From assembly GCA_002633005.1 (NCBI GenBank), contig NMRA01000471.1, positions 1-38,182 of the forward strand: a DNA stretch of 38,182 nucleotides, in the 5' to 3' direction. Numbering within the stretch: position 1 is the first letter of the stretch; each line of letters opens with the position of its first letter. The position numbers and the translations under genes were made by a program. Below the pieces are notes generated by a model. The model worked only from the letters and a program-made list of their open reading frames with translations. It was not told the origin of the DNA and made no database searches. Source of the stretch: Phoronis australis. Its lineage: Eukaryota; Animalia; Phoronida. Below are positions 11,429 through 23,710 of this stretch, in pieces.

Positions 11429-11829
11429 GGCCCGGTCTCCAATCTCTTTACTCGAAATGGAACTCGAAATTAGGTTTGGCATTTTCTACTGTACTTTTGG
11501 GCGAACTCAGGATAAGTGTCTAATATTCTATGCTCGAGTACACAATAACTTACGTAGATAATTTATTGCCCTTAGTTCACAGTTTGTAAACCCAATATTA
11601 AAGCAATAAGTTCGAGTTTGAACTCGAAATTTCAAGTTTTTACTCGAGTTTGTAACACGAATATCAGTGTCCTCAAGGGCAAACTTGAACTAGAAACTCC
11701 TATGCATAAACTATAATGTATTCGAGCACAGTCTGATAACCAATTATCTTAAGTTCGCACAAAAGGAGCAGAGAAATTGCCAAAAATAGTTTCGAGTTCG
11801 TTTCGAATACAAAGATTAGAGACCAGGCC
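11429..11829. mobile_element. PIF/Harbinger-like foldback MITE, 401 bp, CTG target-site duplication
   Basis: CTG|GGCCCGGTCTCCAATCT... and ...AGATTAGAGACCAGGCC|CTG; imperfect inverted arms extend more than 100 bp. Confidence 0.85.
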
Positions 11830-11908
11830 CTGGTCTAGCAGTGTGGTCTAGTGGCATTCTAACCCACTATCTTTTTTGATTGGTTATTACATCCTTTTTT
11901 GGCCATAG

Positions 11909-13165
11909 TAAGATTAAAAAATGGACAATTGCAGCACAAATAAAAAGTTCATGGTCATTCAAAGTTTAATCTATTCATGAGATATGATCGGGATAATATA
12001 TACAACAAGACAGCATTAAGTATCGAATACCAGTCAAGTCACATCCATGTAGTGAAATGAGAGTAGCAAGAGATACAGGGGAATATTAAGTAGGTCATCA
12101 CCAGAGTTCTAGGGTCACTGAGCTCTGTATGTTATTGAGAGAATCAGTAGCATGCTGGTCCTGAAAGGCCAATGACTCCTTGATGTACAGTAATTCCTTT
12201 ATAGGTTCTTTACAAATAATCATTAGTACTAACTGAATTGGCTTGGTGGTTGTTTCTAACACAATGCCTCGATGTTACTTTTGTCGGAGGTGTTATGTTC
12301 TTTCAGCCTGTGTTACAGAGGCGTCTCTGTGTGAGTCCACTATAGAATTCCTTACAGTTGTCACATTCAACATTATACACAGCAGTGCTTCTATTTAATA
12401 AAGGGATTGGTGACTTAAGTTTACACAGCATATTGGAAAGTTTGAGAAGAGATTTGAAATAAGTATTAGCCGAACGGCTGGGTCTATGCAATGTATAAGG
12501 CGAGATAACTGACGTTTCAATTTTAAACTACTTGCATGGCCTGGTGTATCCAAGAGTTAAATGAAATTTACTTTTTCTCGGGTCCAATAACAGCTATGTT
12601 ATCTACGTCATTCATTTTAAAAAAGAAGTGCCTAAAAATTGAGATGGTAACCATTGGCACGCAATAACTGGAAAATTCTAGCTACGTCACTATTAAAATA
12701 ATTCAATTCGGTGGAACAAATTCTCCAGACACGGTGTAACAAGTAATTGACTAGACCTCTCATGTACTGGATCGGCACAAAATTATCAAATTTAAGATAA
12801 AGCCCAGAAAAACTGGGCTTACGATACACAGATATAACAATGTTCCTATTCTCACGTTTAACCAAGACATCTAAGAAGGGTAAACACAACTCGTGCTCAG
12901 ATTCAATGGCGAAGTTGATGGACGGATGCATATTGTTCTTGTAATCGAAAAAGGTGTTGACTGAGTTCTTGGATGAAAACATAATAAACGTATCGTCCAC
13001 ACACCTACGATAAAATTGTGGTCTACAGTCCGGTGGACAACTGAACAGAGCCTCAGTCTCAAGATTGTACATGAAAATATTAGCTAACACTGGTCCCAGG
13101 GGTGAACCCATAGCCACTCCGTCAATCTGATCATAAAAGTTCATCACCAAACAGAAAATGGTTCT
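11909..13165 (-). mobile_element. Penelope-like retroelement, 3' part: RT C-terminal half, GIY-YIG endonuclease and 3' terminal repeat (decayed)
   Basis: FYDQIDGVAMGSPLGPVLANIFM, FYRRCVDDTF (YVDD-like), LPFLDVLV, VYRKPSFSGLYL, then AVYNVECDNCKEFYSGLTQRRL and IKESLA; stops and frameshifts are present. Confidence 0.93.
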
Positions 13166-14659
13166 TAGTCGGTGGGCCAGATTTTGTAGGGCCTCTAGAA
13201 AATGGTTTTTGTGAGTACTTTAGGGGGGCAATTTTATTTTGGTGTTTTTTAATTCATTTATTAGAGTGTTTTTAAAATCTAAAAAGTTCCCACATATAAA
13301 GTTGCACATTTTTGAGAAATTTGAGTTTGAATTTACCTAATAATCACCAAAGAGCTTAGTAAACTTATATTTGTAAAAACAACAGTTTTGGTGACTTTTT
13401 TGTAAAACAAGTAACATGGTCCCATCAGTGCCATTGTATTGAACAATATTACACTCACATTACATATTTAACTATTGTAAATTAATTGTAAACAGTGAAA
13501 TTTAAAAAATGTAAAGAGACACCTAGTGGCAAAAATGCAAACTAAGTCTGAATGTTACTAGTAAGTTATTCTGGCATTGTCAGGCAACAAAAATAACACA
13601 AAACACTTGAGACTGGGCAAAATTTGTGCCTCAATGACTAAAACATTGACTAATGGTGTAAAATACAGCTTGTTTGTATAATACACCAGAAATATGTTAT
13701 AGTACAAAAACAATATAGTTGAATGATCTCTGTGAATGTGCACAAAGACTGTACGAAAATAATGGATTATTCTGACAGCGTTTATCAAGCAGTATGAGAC
13801 AAATACATGACAATGATCAAAGTATGTACTTTCTATGACTTAATCAACAAATAAAATTAACTTTTTAATACAAAAAAGGAAATAACGGGGTTGGAGGTCT
13901 ATTTGGGGTTGACTTGTCAAAGAACTATCCAATGTTATGCAGTCAGTGTTGCTGATGTTACTACAGTTGTCACAGCTGCACATTTCTGTACAGTTTGACC
14001 CAGCATTGTAGCACAAACTCAGTTTCCCAGCACACATGTTCTTTTTGCACTTGCAGCGTTCATCGTTTAGTACTGTCAATGGAGATGCGGTCATTGCCAT
14101 ACATATTAACTGCAAAGCTCCACCGCCAAGATTAGCCCGCAGGCAATGAAGGGTCAAACGCGAAGTCCTTGTTTGGAGGCGGGCACTATTTGGGCAAACG
14201 TTTGATTCAAAATATGTTATAATGGGCTGTGTTAATTAGAGTCAGCATGTGAATTATTGAACACTAGCCTCAATTCACTTTCGTATCTCTTAGTCGGGCA
14301 CAAACTACAACAGTGAGTAGCTTCAACAATATTTCTTAAGATTGCCTGTCCAAATAACTCCATGCACAACAGCTTTCTGAAGAACAGCTTCAAATTTTGC
14401 TTTAGTTTTGAAAGGCAAATGACATCTCCTTGTGTTAGAAGCTTCGATTCAATGAACTCCGAACAAAACTGTAGAAAAACATCTCTGAAAACTGTGAATT
14501 CGTCACTCATTGCTTCACAATCGTTGTCTTTTTTATAGCATGATGATCTGTGGTACTTGGCTTCTAAGACACATTCTTTATCTTATGAATTTCATTTGCA
14601 TATTCAGGGCTCTGGACTGAGCTGTTGCTTGCGATACAAGTCCAACTGAAAAAAACCCT
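13166..14659 (-). mobile_element. Internally deleted Academ (AcademX-type) DNA transposon inserted in the Penelope RT
   Basis: Begins TAGTCGGTGGGCCAGA (Academ-type terminus). The minus strand encodes LHCLRAN... and the Cys-rich tail CKCKKNMC...CYNAGSNCTEMCSCDNCSN (13840-14157) plus an N-terminal EAKYHRS motif (about 14540-14570). The second TIR was not found. Confidence 0.75.
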
Positions 14660-14834
14660 GTTTAACTGCTGTCATAAGTAACTTAGGTATTGGTTACGAG
14701 TCAATTTATGGACCTTGTCAGTACATCAACATACAGCTGGTTAAGACACAATTCAACGACCTCATCCAAAGGTACATTAGTGAAGAGGCTACAGACATCA
14801 AGACAACACATAAAGGGTGCATCATTACTTAAGT
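14660..14834 (-). mobile_element. Upstream piece of the same Penelope RT (motif A)
   Basis: CLDVCSLFTNVPLDEVVELCLNQLY...KLLMTAVKQ joins NHFLF at 13165. Confidence 0.85.
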
Positions 14835-15727
14835 CACCTATCCCTTTAATAAATAAAAGCAATGTTGTATAAGGTTGAATGTAACAACTGTAAGGAATTC
14901 TACATGGACTCACACAGAGACGCCTCTGTGACAGGCTGAAAGAACAGAACACCTCTGACAAAAGTAACATGTATAGGCATTGTGTTAGCAACAACTGCCA
15001 ATTCGGATAGTATTATTTGTAACGAACCTATAAAGGAATTACTGTACATCAAGGAGTCATTGGCCATTCAGGATCAGCATGCTACTGATTCTCTCAATAA
15101 CATGCAGAGCTCAGTGACCCTACAACTATGGTGAATCAGTAGCATGCTGGTCCTGAATGGCCAATGACTCCTTGATGTGCAGTAATTCTTTTATAGGTTC
15201 TTTATAACTAATACTAACTGAATTGGCTTGGTGGTTGTTGCTAACACAAAGCTTATAGATGTTACTTTAGTTGGAGGTGTTATGTTCTTTCAGCCTGTCA
15301 CAGAGGCCTCTCTATATTGGACTCACACAGAGACGCCTCTGTGGCAGGCTGATAGAAAATAACACCTCAGACAAAAGAAACACCTATAGGCATTGTGTTA
15401 GCAACAACCATTAAGCCAATTCAGTTAGGTAAAGAACCTATAAAGGAATTACTGTTCATTCAGGAGTCATTGGCCATTCAGGACCAGCATGCTACTGATT
15501 CTCTCAATAACATACAGCTCAGTGACCCTACAACTATGGTGATGACCAACTTACTATTCCCTGTATCTCTTGCTACTTTCATTTCACTACATGGATGTGA
15601 CTTAACTGGTATTCGACACTTAATGCTGTCTTGTTGTATATATTATCCTGGTGATATCTTATTAGTAGACGAAACGTTGAATGAACATGAACTTTAAATG
15701 TGCGGCGATTGTCCGTTTTTTAATCTT
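14827..15727. mobile_element. Alternating-orientation copies (+/-/+) of the Penelope endonuclease and 3' end (inverted pseudo-LTR region)
   Basis: 14827-15134 (+), 15133-~15315 (-) and 15318-15727 (+) all match 11909-12420 (e.g. aggagtcattggccattcagga.cagcatgctactgattctctcaataacat). Confidence 0.9.
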
Positions 15728-16718
15728 TTCGATTGGGAACCGATCCTCGTCCTGTAGAGAGTGTAGGTGTTCGTTGGGTGTAGAAAAACAAATTAGCGTG
15801 TGAATATACCAACAAAGCGAGTTAAAAACATCTAAACATAATTAGACATCTGGCGGACACTGGAAAAGAGCTAGGGATTCCTTAAATGAAAGTGCGTCAT
15901 CATGACCTTCGAAAACATGTACATGAGTGTAACCCCGAGCATGCACTACAGCAGACTTTAAAACATTTTACAGCTAGGTGGACCCCACGTTGTTGTCACA
16001 GGTGCAGAACGGTAACAAGAAAATTCTGTCAGACCAAATGTGACCATGTACCCTGTTGCATCGGATGACACGTCATCTGTTGGAGCGCTCCCTCATACAG
16101 CAGGCCTGACTGGTCATTTTATTACGCCCTGGAACGGGTTATCTCATTTCGAATGACTTTCTGAGCACTTAGAGAGCGTTTTATCACCAATTGCTTGAGG
16201 TATTTCCTGAAATAATTACCAAGTTACAACTACGGGAGATGAAATTAACAAAATCAAGCAAGTGATCGATGTGCAATAGCCCGGTAACTGTGTCGTTATA
16301 CCCTCCTGATCAATTGAGTGCTCTTTTGTAGGTAATCATTAACGAAAGTGTTCTCATTGGAAATGTTACCATACATAGGATAGTGCAGTGAAGAGACTAG
16401 CGGCATCTCCAGGCGCGATCTGTAGATGAATGGATAGCCGTGAAGAGACTGGTGGGATCTCAATGAGCGATTTGTAGATGATTGGAAGTACTTTCAGAAA
16501 CCTGCTGTTTTGTATCTTTAAAAGGCGCGTCAAGTGATTTTTTTTGAAAACGCATAATTTTATGCGGATATATGGAAACGTGAATCGCAAAGGGTGGAAA
16601 CAAAGCATTGAGCTCATGGTCGCTAAACAGTGACGGAAGGGATATTAAACATTTTGTAAGTCCAAACTTTTGTAGACAGAGACTAAGATGGCGGACTGTC
16701 CTTCAATAGTCTTTACCT

Positions 16719-17113
16719 TTAGGCATTGTAGAAACAATGTAAAACAGTTCAAAATCCGGTAAAAATATTTATCAAAAAACACTTTTTTCAATCCCTGTTT
16801 GGTGTGGATCTCCATCAGGTAAGTGTCTTTTCATCAAAACATGAAATATGTTCTGTAAGGGTTCCGATACCCGATAAAATAGGGCGCCTAAGATTGACCT
16901 TCTTATATACCTTGGTTAGAGTTTAAAAATATCCAGGTTTCGGATCATCGGAAATGAGAAATTTAGGTTGGTGACGTAGAACACCGTTGCTGCAACTGTT
17001 GGTAAGTTTGGATAGCTCACACTTGCATCCATTTAAGATCGAAACCTAATGTATCTTTAACAAGTATTTTTTACCGGATTTTTAAAGTGCGTTGCCTATT
17101 TCTACACTGTTTA
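16719..17113. mobile_element. MITE with ~50-bp imperfect TIRs, probably Kolobok-like (TTAA flank)
   Basis: tgtagaaa....aaaatccggtaaaaata at left is inverted with tattttttaccggattttt...tttctacactgtttaa at right. Confidence 0.6.
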
Positions 17114-17463
17114 ATTTTATCGGGTCTCGACTTACGTCATTTTTGTCTTCAGCTATAGTTGTTTGACGGTGTAACACAATCTTTTTAAACGTAAACAGAA
17201 GAGTTGCGGTTGAAAATCAGGAAACCTTAATTATTGATTTTGGGGACACTTTTAAGAAACATCGACTGCAAATGAATGTCGATTTCTAAGTGGCTTTTTG
17301 TTTTCGAGAAAACTTACAAATCTCGTGTTTACTTGTGCTCTATTAGATATGTGTAGTTTACGGCATTTTCAGAATTTTTCGCTAAAATCTGCTCTGTTTT
17401 ATTTTATAATGATCACTTTTTTATGATCGTCGGACACGCGATGTCAGTCTCATTTCACGAAGT

Positions 17464-17543
17464 CATGGGCGGCGCACTATAGGGCGCTGGGAGGGGAGGG
17501 GGGGCTATAGGTCCATACTTTTTTCAGTGCTGCGCCGCCCATG
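17464..17543. mobile_element. 80-bp MITE with perfect 13-bp TIR CATGGGCGGCGCA
   Basis: catgggcggcgca...tgcgccgcccatg; opposite orientation to the 4734 copy. Confidence 0.8.
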
Positions 17544-18557
17544 TAAAATGATGGAATGGTTACAAACCATTAGTTCCCAATAAAATGACAGTGAACAAAT
17601 CGTGAAGGCTTATTTCAGATAATAATGTTGTGTTTTGTTTGCGTTTCAGATTATTAAATTATTTTATATAGTTTGAAAATTTAAAATAACCGGGACCACA
17701 AAGGATTTCGTATCAAACAACACGAGGTTTCGCACCATCACGTAAGAACAGATAACATCAGATGTCCCAACAGGAAGTCAGTTGAAAGACAGTGCATGAG
17801 AGGTTATCATAGTTACAGGTTGACAGAGGTCAGTTTAATTACATAAATAGAGCTCGAGTTCTGGGGGACAGTGTGACCCGTAATGACGACGTGAATATTG
17901 CGGTCGTCGTGGAACACATTGAACAACAAATGCCTAATGAACAAATGACACGGTAGACATGCATGACGTAGTTGATGATGCACGTGGCATTTTTTGCTTG
18001 GCATAAAGTCACATTGACACTGAAATAGAACGACTTTGCATCCAATCGAAGAAACAGTCGTTAAACCCTCATATGACTCATAGAATAACCATATAAAATA
18101 TACAAAATTATTTGGGTGCCAACGTGCCTCGTTGAAAAACCAGATAAAAGGGTTCCACCGAATAAAATACCGACGTCGCTCTGCAAAATGGTGCAACAAA
18201 CGGGTTCAGCTTGAGACTTTAGGGTATCATCATCTTCGGTTGAAGACTGAAACTGATGCTCTAATAAGCAAAATAAAAAAGATCATGTCGCCGCTGTGTA
18301 TGTTTCAATATTGAATTGTTAATCAAAAGTGCTTCGAGTTTATGATAGCGCTCATCCGGTAGCCGAATGAGCCGGCAACTCAAGCTACAGGCAATGCGTA
18401 CACTATGTGCCATTGTAGAATTCGCAATTTCACTAAACGTTGCCCAATCCTATTTCAATCTGAAGCGTTTTCTTGTCTCGGTGATGTTTTTGATGTTCCT
18501 GATAGTACGGAAATAGAATTCTATTACGGTAAGTAGGTAAGTAGTAATGAGGTCGAT

Positions 18558-18672
18558 TTTGTGAGAGTAGGCCTATATCATATGTACTAAAACTAGCATA
18601 ATTTCCGTCTGTTTTTGTGAGAGTAGGTCTAGGTACCTGTATACTAAAACTAGCCTAATTTCAGTCTGTTTT
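18558..18672. repeat. Tandem duplication of about 56 bp
   Basis: ttttgtgagagtagg.cta....tactaaaactagc.taatttc.gtctgttttt occurs twice. Confidence 0.8.
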
Positions 18673-18999
18673 TCAAGTTAGCTAGCAACGAAATGCAGCT
18701 TTCAGCGGGGCAGTCTATTACATTGCATTAAGGTTACATTACTTAACCAATTGTATGGCTTCTTTATCCATTAAAATATTTTTAAAGCAGGAGGGCAAAT
18801 TCTGTTTACAAACAGTCTTTGCTTAACAGACATAAGGCAGAGGGAACAAAAAGTTGTTATAAAACCAGAACAGAGTATAGGCGGCTTTTCAAGTAAAAAT
18901 TGCCTGGTTATAGATTATGTTTCTTTCTTGGAACGCAACCCTGCACAAATATTGGTCTAGATTCTTTTTTACCCCTTGTGTGTTACCTTTATTGCCTCG

Positions 19000-19223
19000 A
19001 GGAAAAATCGCAGAACGAGACAATCTGTTCGTAACACCTGCCGACTGCACCATCTGGTCCTCATTGCGCATGCGTGTAAAACTTTTCTTCCACTATTATG
19101 GGATAGAAAAGTTATCTGTCCTTTGTTGTGTGAGAAGTTTGGCGGTGCATTTGAGGGCCAAGGTTGACAAAATTCGCCGGTTCTGAGGCGACGTTTTTGC
19201 CGAAGTCTAACCTGTACGCACGG
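19000..19223 (+). promoter_or_regulatory. Candidate promoter and non-coding first exon of the plus-strand gene
   Basis: NRF1-type motif TGCGCATGCG at 19065-19074; CpG-rich; splice donor CGG|GTAAGG at 19223/19224; CpG becomes visibly scarce in non-repeat DNA downstream of about 20.5 kb. Confidence 0.55.
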
Positions 19224-20814
19224 GTAAGGTGCATAACGCTTTATCCAATTACTATCACCTTCTATGAACTGCGTTATCGAGCTTTTACACGGAAATTCAT
19301 TCACTGGGGCACCTACCTTCATTTTCCGATGAGGTCGGAAGTCGATTCGCAAATTTGACCTGGAACCTTTAATGAAGTTCACTCAAAACGAAACTTTGAC
19401 TTAGTTTTTGTGGTCATTCTTCTTAATATCTGCTACACTCTATAGATGTTGTTTAGTGGCTTTGTATTCAAGTAAGGATATCAAATACTTCTTAGAAGTT
19501 CTCGGTAAATTTGTCCGTGGTCGTTTATTGTGAATAATGAGATATCGATCGGGTAGCCATTTTGAAGAAGATTCGCAGAAGTTCTGTTATCGCTTACATT
19601 GTCGACTTTCTAAGTTACGTATGTTAGACTTGTAGTTTTCGGAATAAGTACGTGCAGTGATTTTGTGTTTTTTGTCACAGATGTTTAGCATGTTGTCGCC
19701 ATATTCCCTGGGAACTGTTGACCTCGAATCTCCATAAGTTGTCTGTTGCTGACATTTGATTACTTGATAACAACAGTTTCTAAGTAGAGTGGTTATTGAA
19801 TTATCGTTGGTCGTGCTGGTATAAATGTCAAGACATTGTCTACTTTCTGTTGAATTTCAGTTGGTTCATCACCAGATACTGGCTAATATTTGTCCTTGAA
19901 TTATAGATTAACATGTGAACTGTGAAAAGTTTGCAAAAGTTTCATCAATTGAGATCATCATGCGGCACGATGTAGAAACTTTGTTTCCTGTTGGCTTGTT
20001 GCTTCTGAAAGATATGTTAAAGTTTCAATAGCTATTCCTTCATTGGATTTTGAATAGCTGAGATCCTGTAGGGGGTAAATTGAAGATTTGTCACTGTCGA
20101 ATATAGCGGTCCCTGTATTGGAGAATGGACGAGATTAATGTGTTTTTCCAAATGAGGAGCTGCTATATTCGACTAGTGTCGAAAATTGTTCACTTCAAGT
20201 GATATAGGCGGATGATGACTTTTGTTGTTATGTTGTTATGTTGTTGCATAAAGTGGCTGTAATATCATGTGATGTCACAAAACAATTTTGATATAGACTA
20301 CTTACTATAATGGAATTGATCATAATGTGTGATAGTGTAGCTAAGTCATGTGACTTGTGGACAATTTGCCATTGGCTGAGACCAGTCTCTACAAGGTGAC
20401 TCGTCACGCGGGTCAGTGTTTTGCTGATTGAGTTTTCGATGAATAATAAACTGCCAGTTCTAGAAATCATGTTTCGTGATAAGGTGTGCTTTGCAGGTTG
20501 AGACCAATTTGTACTGTTAATTGGTTTAAATCAAAAATTAGTTTCTTGAATGTAACTTGGATTTATAACCACTTTAAAGGGGCATAATCGCTTTATGCAC
20601 CCGAAAGCACGATTTCAGGATTTTTGTTGAATGGGATACTAACCTTCTTGAGGTTATTAACTTTGATCAAAACTGTACAACAGCGAAATCTTGTGTTTTT
20701 ATGATTTTATTACAAATCGCCAATATTCTGTCACATGTTTGTGAGACATTTGTTGTAGTAAAGAGTGTCTTCTTTACTGTTAAATAGCCATGATTCTCTA
20801 CAATATATCAAGAA

Positions 20815-20890
20815 GTTGGCTAAGTGGTAGAACATCCAACTGCTACTCCGTTGTTTGTGGTATCAATTCCGCCGCACTGCCAATTTCTCT
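20815..20890 (+). mobile_element. Degenerate tRNA-derived SINE head or tRNA pseudogene
   Basis: A-box-like TGGCTAAGTGG and B-box-like GGTATCAATTCC at tRNA-like spacing. Confidence 0.35.
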
Positions 20891-21206
20891 AAAATTATTT
20901 TCTCTCTGAGAATGTTTCTTTTATTGGAGTATAAAATGTTTACGAGACATGAAGCGTTTTATTTTGGTAGAAACAATAGGCTACAATACCTATCAATGTT
21001 TCTTGTACAAATTCAAAGTTAGTGGATGTGGAAAATAGTTAATAAACTGTATGACACGAGATGGCTGTGACAAAGCTGTGGGCTTTTGTGGAATATACCG
21101 TAATAAAAAAATCGGGCCTAGTAAACCCCTCATAGCACTGGGAATTTAAAAAAAGTGTCGATGATCTTGAGACAATTGCTTGCCAATACCATAAATTGTG
21201 CTGCTT

Positions 21207-21706
21207 CAAGTCATGGATGGTCATGTGATGTAACTCTGTGGAGCTGATTATTATTGAAACTGACTGTTTTCTACTATCAGTCTACTGACAAGTCATGGAT
21301 GGTCATGTGATGTAACTCTGTGGAGCTGATTATTATTGAAACTGACTGTTTTGTACTATCAGTCTACTGACAAGTCATGGATGGTCATGTGATGTAACTC
21401 TGTGGAGCTGATTATTATTGAAACTGACTGTTTTGTACTATCAGTCTACTGACAAGTCATGGATGGTCATGTGATGTAACTCTGTGGAGCTGATTATTAT
21501 TGAAACTGCCTGTTTTGTACTATCAGTCTACTGACAAGTCATGGATGGTCATGTGATGTAACTCTGTGGAGCTGATTATTATTGAAACTGACTGTTTTGT
21601 ACTATCAGTCTACTGACAAGTCATGGATGGTCATGTGATGTAACTCTGTGGAGCTGATTATTATTGAAACTGACTGTTTTGTACTATCAGTCTACTGACA
21701 AGTCAT
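21207..21706. repeat. 82-bp minisatellite, 6 near-identical copies plus 8 bp
   Basis: The unit caagtcatggatggtcatgtgatgtaactc...tcagtctactga starts at 21207, 21289, 21371, 21453, 21535 and 21617. Confidence 0.97.
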
Positions 21707-22345
21707 TTCATTACACACAATTGTCTTTCTATAAACTTTAAGTTAACTCATTTGTTATCATAAGGACAGAAAGTGATACCTCACACTCCTACCAACTTCT
21801 CCAGATTGGAGATAAAAAACATGGCGGTGGCCTCTTGAACTAACATATATGTTGTTTGAACCTGCAAACTTCAACAAAAAATAACTAAAATTTGAATCTC
21901 ATGCGGCAGCATCTTCCAACCGTTCAGATTTGCATATTGAACATGTGTTTCTAAACCATAAATTGAGTTGTGGGTTTCCAGTCAATACTGTTAACCATAG
22001 AGGAGTGGTAGGAATTAGAACTAAGGTGGTGTAATATCCTGTTGGTCACACCTTGTGTCCCTACTGCAAGGGAATATTTTAGGGTCAGTTTGTTTGTATA
22101 TCAGCAGATTTCGTGTATTTTGTGTTTTGTATATATTCAGAGTCGTACGTAAGAAAAAAACACTCACCTTCGAAAGTGTTAGTCATGGCTGGAAGACTGT
22201 CCAAGAAGCAAAGTTATAGCTTATCTGCCAATTATCTTGATTGTCTCTAACTTAGCTGTAATTTTAAATGAATTCCAACTGCTAATAGGAAAAAAAGATT
22301 TTGATAGCGTCTTCAGGTGTTTTTTTTTTGTTTTGCTGCAGTATC

Positions 22346-22441
22346 ATGAGTACTAGAAGTACCCGTCGGTCGGCGGACACTGCCTCTGGCTCCACACCTG
22401 GATACTGGAAAAAACACGGCAAACCCTCTCCAGCATCTGAG
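22346..22441 (+). CDS. First coding exon of an unidentified spliced gene (MSTRSTRRSADTASGSTPGYWKKHGKPSPASE)
   Basis: Acceptor tttttttttgttttgctgcag at 22341; atcATGa start at 22346; 32 open codons; phase-0 donor GAG|GTATGT; GC-richer than the flanks. Confidence 0.75.
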
Positions 22442-23339
22442 GTATGTTTAACGTAGCGTCAACTCGCCAAATGCCACTTTGTAAAATTCTCACGTCACCA
22501 AACCTTGATGGCAAGAGCTGAAAATGAAATGAATTAGACATGTAGTGAAAAACTAGTGAACTCCGCAAATGTTTGCCAGTGTACCTGAGATTGCTGGGAT
22601 GGCGATTTTGGGCTTCAGCTTAAAATTAGTAGTGTCCATGTGTTCACGGATTGCCAGTTTCTACCTCTCAGACTCAATATCCCGTGCACACACTCAGCCA
22701 GGCAAATACGATTGGGGTTTTCTGATTAATTTTGTCGAACAATTATGTTTTCCGTCTGTTTACTTCTTTTAGTATTTTGAGGGTATGCTTGGATGTGGCA
22801 TGGACATGCTGTGGTAACCTGGGGTTTGTACCTGGTCACCAAACAAAGTCGGAGGCACCTTTTGACAAACAATTGAAATTTTATTTCATTATTCACAAGG
22901 GATAAGTGAGCACCATATAAATCAAGAAGAATCAAAAATCTTTATTTAATGCCGTTCAAAGAACAGATTAACATTAGCCTGTTGAGCTATTTCTATGACA
23001 TTAAATTTAACAGAAACGTGAAGAAAATGGAACTTAAGCTAAAGGTGGAGAATAACACAGAGATGTAAATGTTTTGTCGTTCTTAAATTCTATACTTTAT
23101 CTATCATCAGACAATATTTTTAGAAATTATGGACATAAACAATAATGTTGGAAACCTTTGAAAATAAAAAGATTGATGTTGGCATTTATTTTTGTTCGAA
23201 ACTGGTGACATTTGAACATAGATTCAATTACCAGGCTGTCCCTAGTGTTACCATCTGTGCATGATATTTAACTGTCAAAATTATTTGGTGTTATCAAGTA
23301 AGTAGATATAAAACTTTACCACCAGTGAGATGGTGATCA

Positions 23340-23710
23340 GAGGTTGCTGAGTTCAGATTTAGTTTGGGATGAGGTTTACATAATTTGAATTTGGTGACCT
23401 TTGCTGTTGTTTTTAGTGGAGTGTTAATCTATTGTTGTATAATTCAATACTAATGGCTGTCTCAAGACTAAAAATCAGGTGTTCTTATTTGAAATACATG
23501 GCAATATCTCTCATCATCTTGCGAAGTCTTGCTTTTTAGAGAGGTCCTGTACCCTGGCCTTAGGTTGGGTCAAGAGGTCACGTAATTTGAACTTGTTGAC
23601 CTTTAGTGTACTTTTTAGTGTGGTTGTGATTTGTTATTGCTGAGTTCAGATCTTATGTTGGGTCAAGACTTAAAGAGGTCACATAATTTGAAATTTCTGG
23701 CCTTTGTTGC
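23340..23710. repeat. Three diverged copies of a gaggtcac.taatttgaa..tgaccttt repeat
   Basis: gctgagttcagat...gaggt(t/c)ac(a/g)taatttgaa recurs near 23345, 23570 and 23640. Confidence 0.55.

Noticed and set aside
13840-14157. Host tesmin/CXC or metallothionein-like gene
   Set aside because: It lies inside the insert with an Academ-type terminus and transposase relics, and is degenerate.
18480-18545. Alternative first exon ending at ACG|GTAAGT
   Set aside because: The donor is part of a gtaagtag duplication and has no other support without transcript data.
17813-19382. 128-aa and 137-aa minus-strand ORFs
   Set aside because: No recognisable domain; overlapping ORFs on both strands are expected in a CpG-rich promoter region.
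21207-21706. CRISPR array (also considered for 31901-32550 and 24587-24730)
   Set aside because: Units are contiguous with no unique spacers, there are no cas genes, and the context is eukaryotic.
22140-22215. Possible minus-strand exon (GAAG|GTGAGT) or plus-strand 8-nt microexon
   Set aside because: Isolated splice-like motifs with no phase partner.
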